From contig CAWHCQ010000044.1 of assembly GCA_963827755.1 (NCBI GenBank), positions 35,087 to 99,086 on the forward strand: a DNA stretch of 64,000 nucleotides. Direction: 5' to 3'. This DNA is from an uncultured Gammaproteobacteria bacterium (GTDB lineage Bacteria > Pseudomonadota > Gammaproteobacteria > UBA9214). The position numbers were made by a program, and so were the translations under genes. This document shows, in pieces, positions 62,371 through 64,000 of this stretch. The first letter of the stretch is position 1. Every line of letters begins with the position of its first letter. The notes under the pieces are model-generated. The model saw only the letters and a program-made list of their open reading frames with translations. It was not told the DNA's origin and searched no databases.

Positions 62371-63486
62371 CTAGATTTTCACGCCCAGCGACTCGAGCGT
62401 TGACATCGTAATACCGCCGGTAGCCAGGCCCTTGGCACGCTGATAGCTCCTTATTGCCGCCATCGTCGAGCGGCCGAGAACACCGTCAATCGGACCCGGG
62501 TTATGGCCGGCCTTTTTCAGGGAACTCTGTATGCGCTGCACAATGTCACGCGTTATGTTGGTCTTGCACAGCACGGGCCGCCATTCCATATGGCCGTCTG
62601 CAACCAGCTCGCGCTTCTCGACCATGGCGTATTTCGCCGGTATCGGTGTACGGGTGGTTTTTGCCGGATCAACAAGCTTGCGTACCCGCACGGTCTTGTA
62701 TTCTGCCGGGATCGTAATCTTGCGAGTGGTCGGCGGTGTTTTCATTACCCGCTTTTCAACCGTCTTGTACTCTGCCGGTACTGCAACCTCCTGCGTAGCA
62801 GCCGGCTTGTCCAGCAGCTTCTTGTAGACCGTCTTGTATGTAGCAGGCACGGTAACCAGGCACATGATTTCACCGGTTGCATCGTCGATCCTCGTGATCG
62901 GCCCGTCACCCTTCTTCCAGATCGTATGCTCCGGCTTGTCGAGCACCTTCTCCGTCATGGTCTTGTATGTTGCAGGCGCGCTGACGATCTTCGTACCTGC
63001 CGGCTTCACCATTAGCCTTTCCGTGACTGTTCCATAAACAGCCGGGACGATCTCAAGCCGCTCGGAAGCCTCTCTCACCAGTATCTGTTCATTTACCCAT
63101 TCGTATTTCTCCGGAATGACAGTGATGGCCTCTGATGCATCCGATTTCAGTACCCGGACGTTTCCTGTCTTGTAGACAGGCGGTACAAAAGCACGTGCAT
63201 AACATTCGCCCGGTTTTGCGTTCGGCGGCAACAGCTCCGGATTACCGCTCGACGCCGTGGTTGACGGCATCGAACGTGCTGATTCAGCCGCGAGGCGCGC
63301 TCTCTGCTCGGCTGTCAATGACTGCTTCATCTGGTTAACCTGGGAGTTGAGCTGGGCAATTTCCTTGTCTTTCTGTGCAATCATTGCATGGTCGACAGAG
63401 CCATCCTGCATGCTTGCACAGCCACTCAGTGTGATAGTTGCCATGACAGCCGGCAGTAAAATTCGTTGTTTTGTTTTTGTAAACAT
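62371..63486 (-). CDS. Lipoprotein with 8 x 23-aa repeats and C-terminal peptidoglycan-binding domain
   Basis: Lipobox LSGC; coiled coil; PA.YKTV repeats; PG_binding_1-like IQSSLKKAGHNPGPIDGVLGRSTMAAIRSYQRAKGL. Confidence 0.9.
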   Translation of the reverse strand: MFTKTKQRILLPAVMATITLSGCASMQDGSVDHAMIAQKDKEIAQLNSQVNQMKQSLTAEQRARLAAESARSMPSTTASSGNPELLPPNAKPGECYARAFVPPVYKTGNVRVLKSDASEAITVIPEKYEWVNEQILVREASERLEIVPAVYGTVTERLMVKPAGTKIVSAPATYKTMTEKVLDKPEHTIWKKGDGPITRIDDATGEIMCLVTVPATYKTVYKKLLDKPAATQEVAVPAEYKTVEKRVMKTPPTTRKITIPAEYKTVRVRKLVDPAKTTRTPIPAKYAMVEKRELVADGHMEWRPVLCKTNITRDIVQRIQSSLKKAGHNPGPIDGVLGRSTMAAIRSYQRAKGLATGGITMSTLESLGVKI

Positions 63487-63620
63487 GTGTTGATCCTCTT
63501 TCTGTGTAATTGACCGTACAGCCAGAATTGGCATTCCATCCAGTTGCGTATATTGCATCCGATGCACGCGGTGGACACAAGCCGGCAAGCGTCGATTTGT
63601 GTTAAAGATAATTACAGGAA

Positions 63621-63636
63621 TGTGAACAAATGTTAC
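63621..63636 (-). promoter_or_regulatory. Second copy of the direct-repeat operator candidate
   Basis: Minus strand GTAACA-TTTG-TTCACA, same orientation relative to its gene as the 52776 site. Confidence 0.6.
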
Positions 63637-63889
63637 ACGGCTGTCTGCCCGCTGAACTTTCGCCTGCCGTTCACTGTATTGCCGGCTGCATGACCCGTCC
63701 GGTATGAAAAACGTCTCGCGGCCTGCGGCGTCTGCCAGCGGCCTGTTTCAGCTTCAGGTTCACACAGATTTACAAACATTGGCTTGTAATCCTGGCAGCG
63801 CGACCTACCATGGTGCGCAGTAACAGCAACGACTGCCTGATGGATTATCTCCGACGGGTAACATTCAACTGGAAAACAGGAGTATCGAT

Positions 63890-64000
63890 ATGGATCTTAT
63901 GCAACTGGGCACACAACTATTGGCCAGCAAGCTGGGTAGCGGCGCTAATTCGGGGACGATTACCTCGGCACTGGGCGGCCTGTTATCCGGTGGCGACGGC
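63890..64000 (+). CDS. YidB/DUF937-like protein, N-terminal part (runs off window end)
   Basis: AGGAG SD; MDLMQLGTQLLASKLGSG...SALGGLLSGG; only 37 codons visible. Confidence 0.6.
   Translation, partial: MDLMQLGTQLLASKLGSGANSGTITSALGGLLSGGDG

Overview
Moderately GC-rich gammaproteobacterial chromosome segment, mostly housekeeping. A Cys-less DsrC/TusE-family paralog and several small conserved hypotheticals suggest a sulfur-oxidising, Chromatiales/Thiogranum-like lineage (inference). It holds the leuS N-terminus; rnpB followed by miaB-phoH-ybeY-corC-lnt; glgA-ppc; tcdA, slyD, efpL/yeiP, uup, typA, rdgC, csp, greB, arfB, trxC and rapA; a 1204-aa PPi-dependent PEP carboxykinase and pyruvate kinase; two GGDEF-EAL proteins; an OafA-type O-acyltransferase; and REP-like palindromes. 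I saw no CRISPR array, tRNA, rRNA, prophage or transposase. At least eight conserved genes are broken by single-base insertions, most likely sequencing or assembly errors. The best candidate novel system is at 52.7-64 kb: an operon of an OmpR-type regulator, a LysM-FecR-FnIII periplasmic protein and a CHASE2 histidine kinase. Its upstream direct-repeat motif (GTAACAWTTGTTCACA) recurs almost identically upstream of a peptidoglycan-binding lipoprotein built from 4+4 exact 23-aa repeats, and more loosely upstream of a GGDEF-EAL gene and a YidB-like gene, suggesting a local cell-envelope-sensing regulon. Other leads: a tandem pair of unrecognised membrane-anchored two-Cys paralogs, tandem NrdR-like boxes in front of a non-RNR gene, and a terminator-like hairpin at the ppc start. 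All family calls come from motif recognition by eye; no searches were run.
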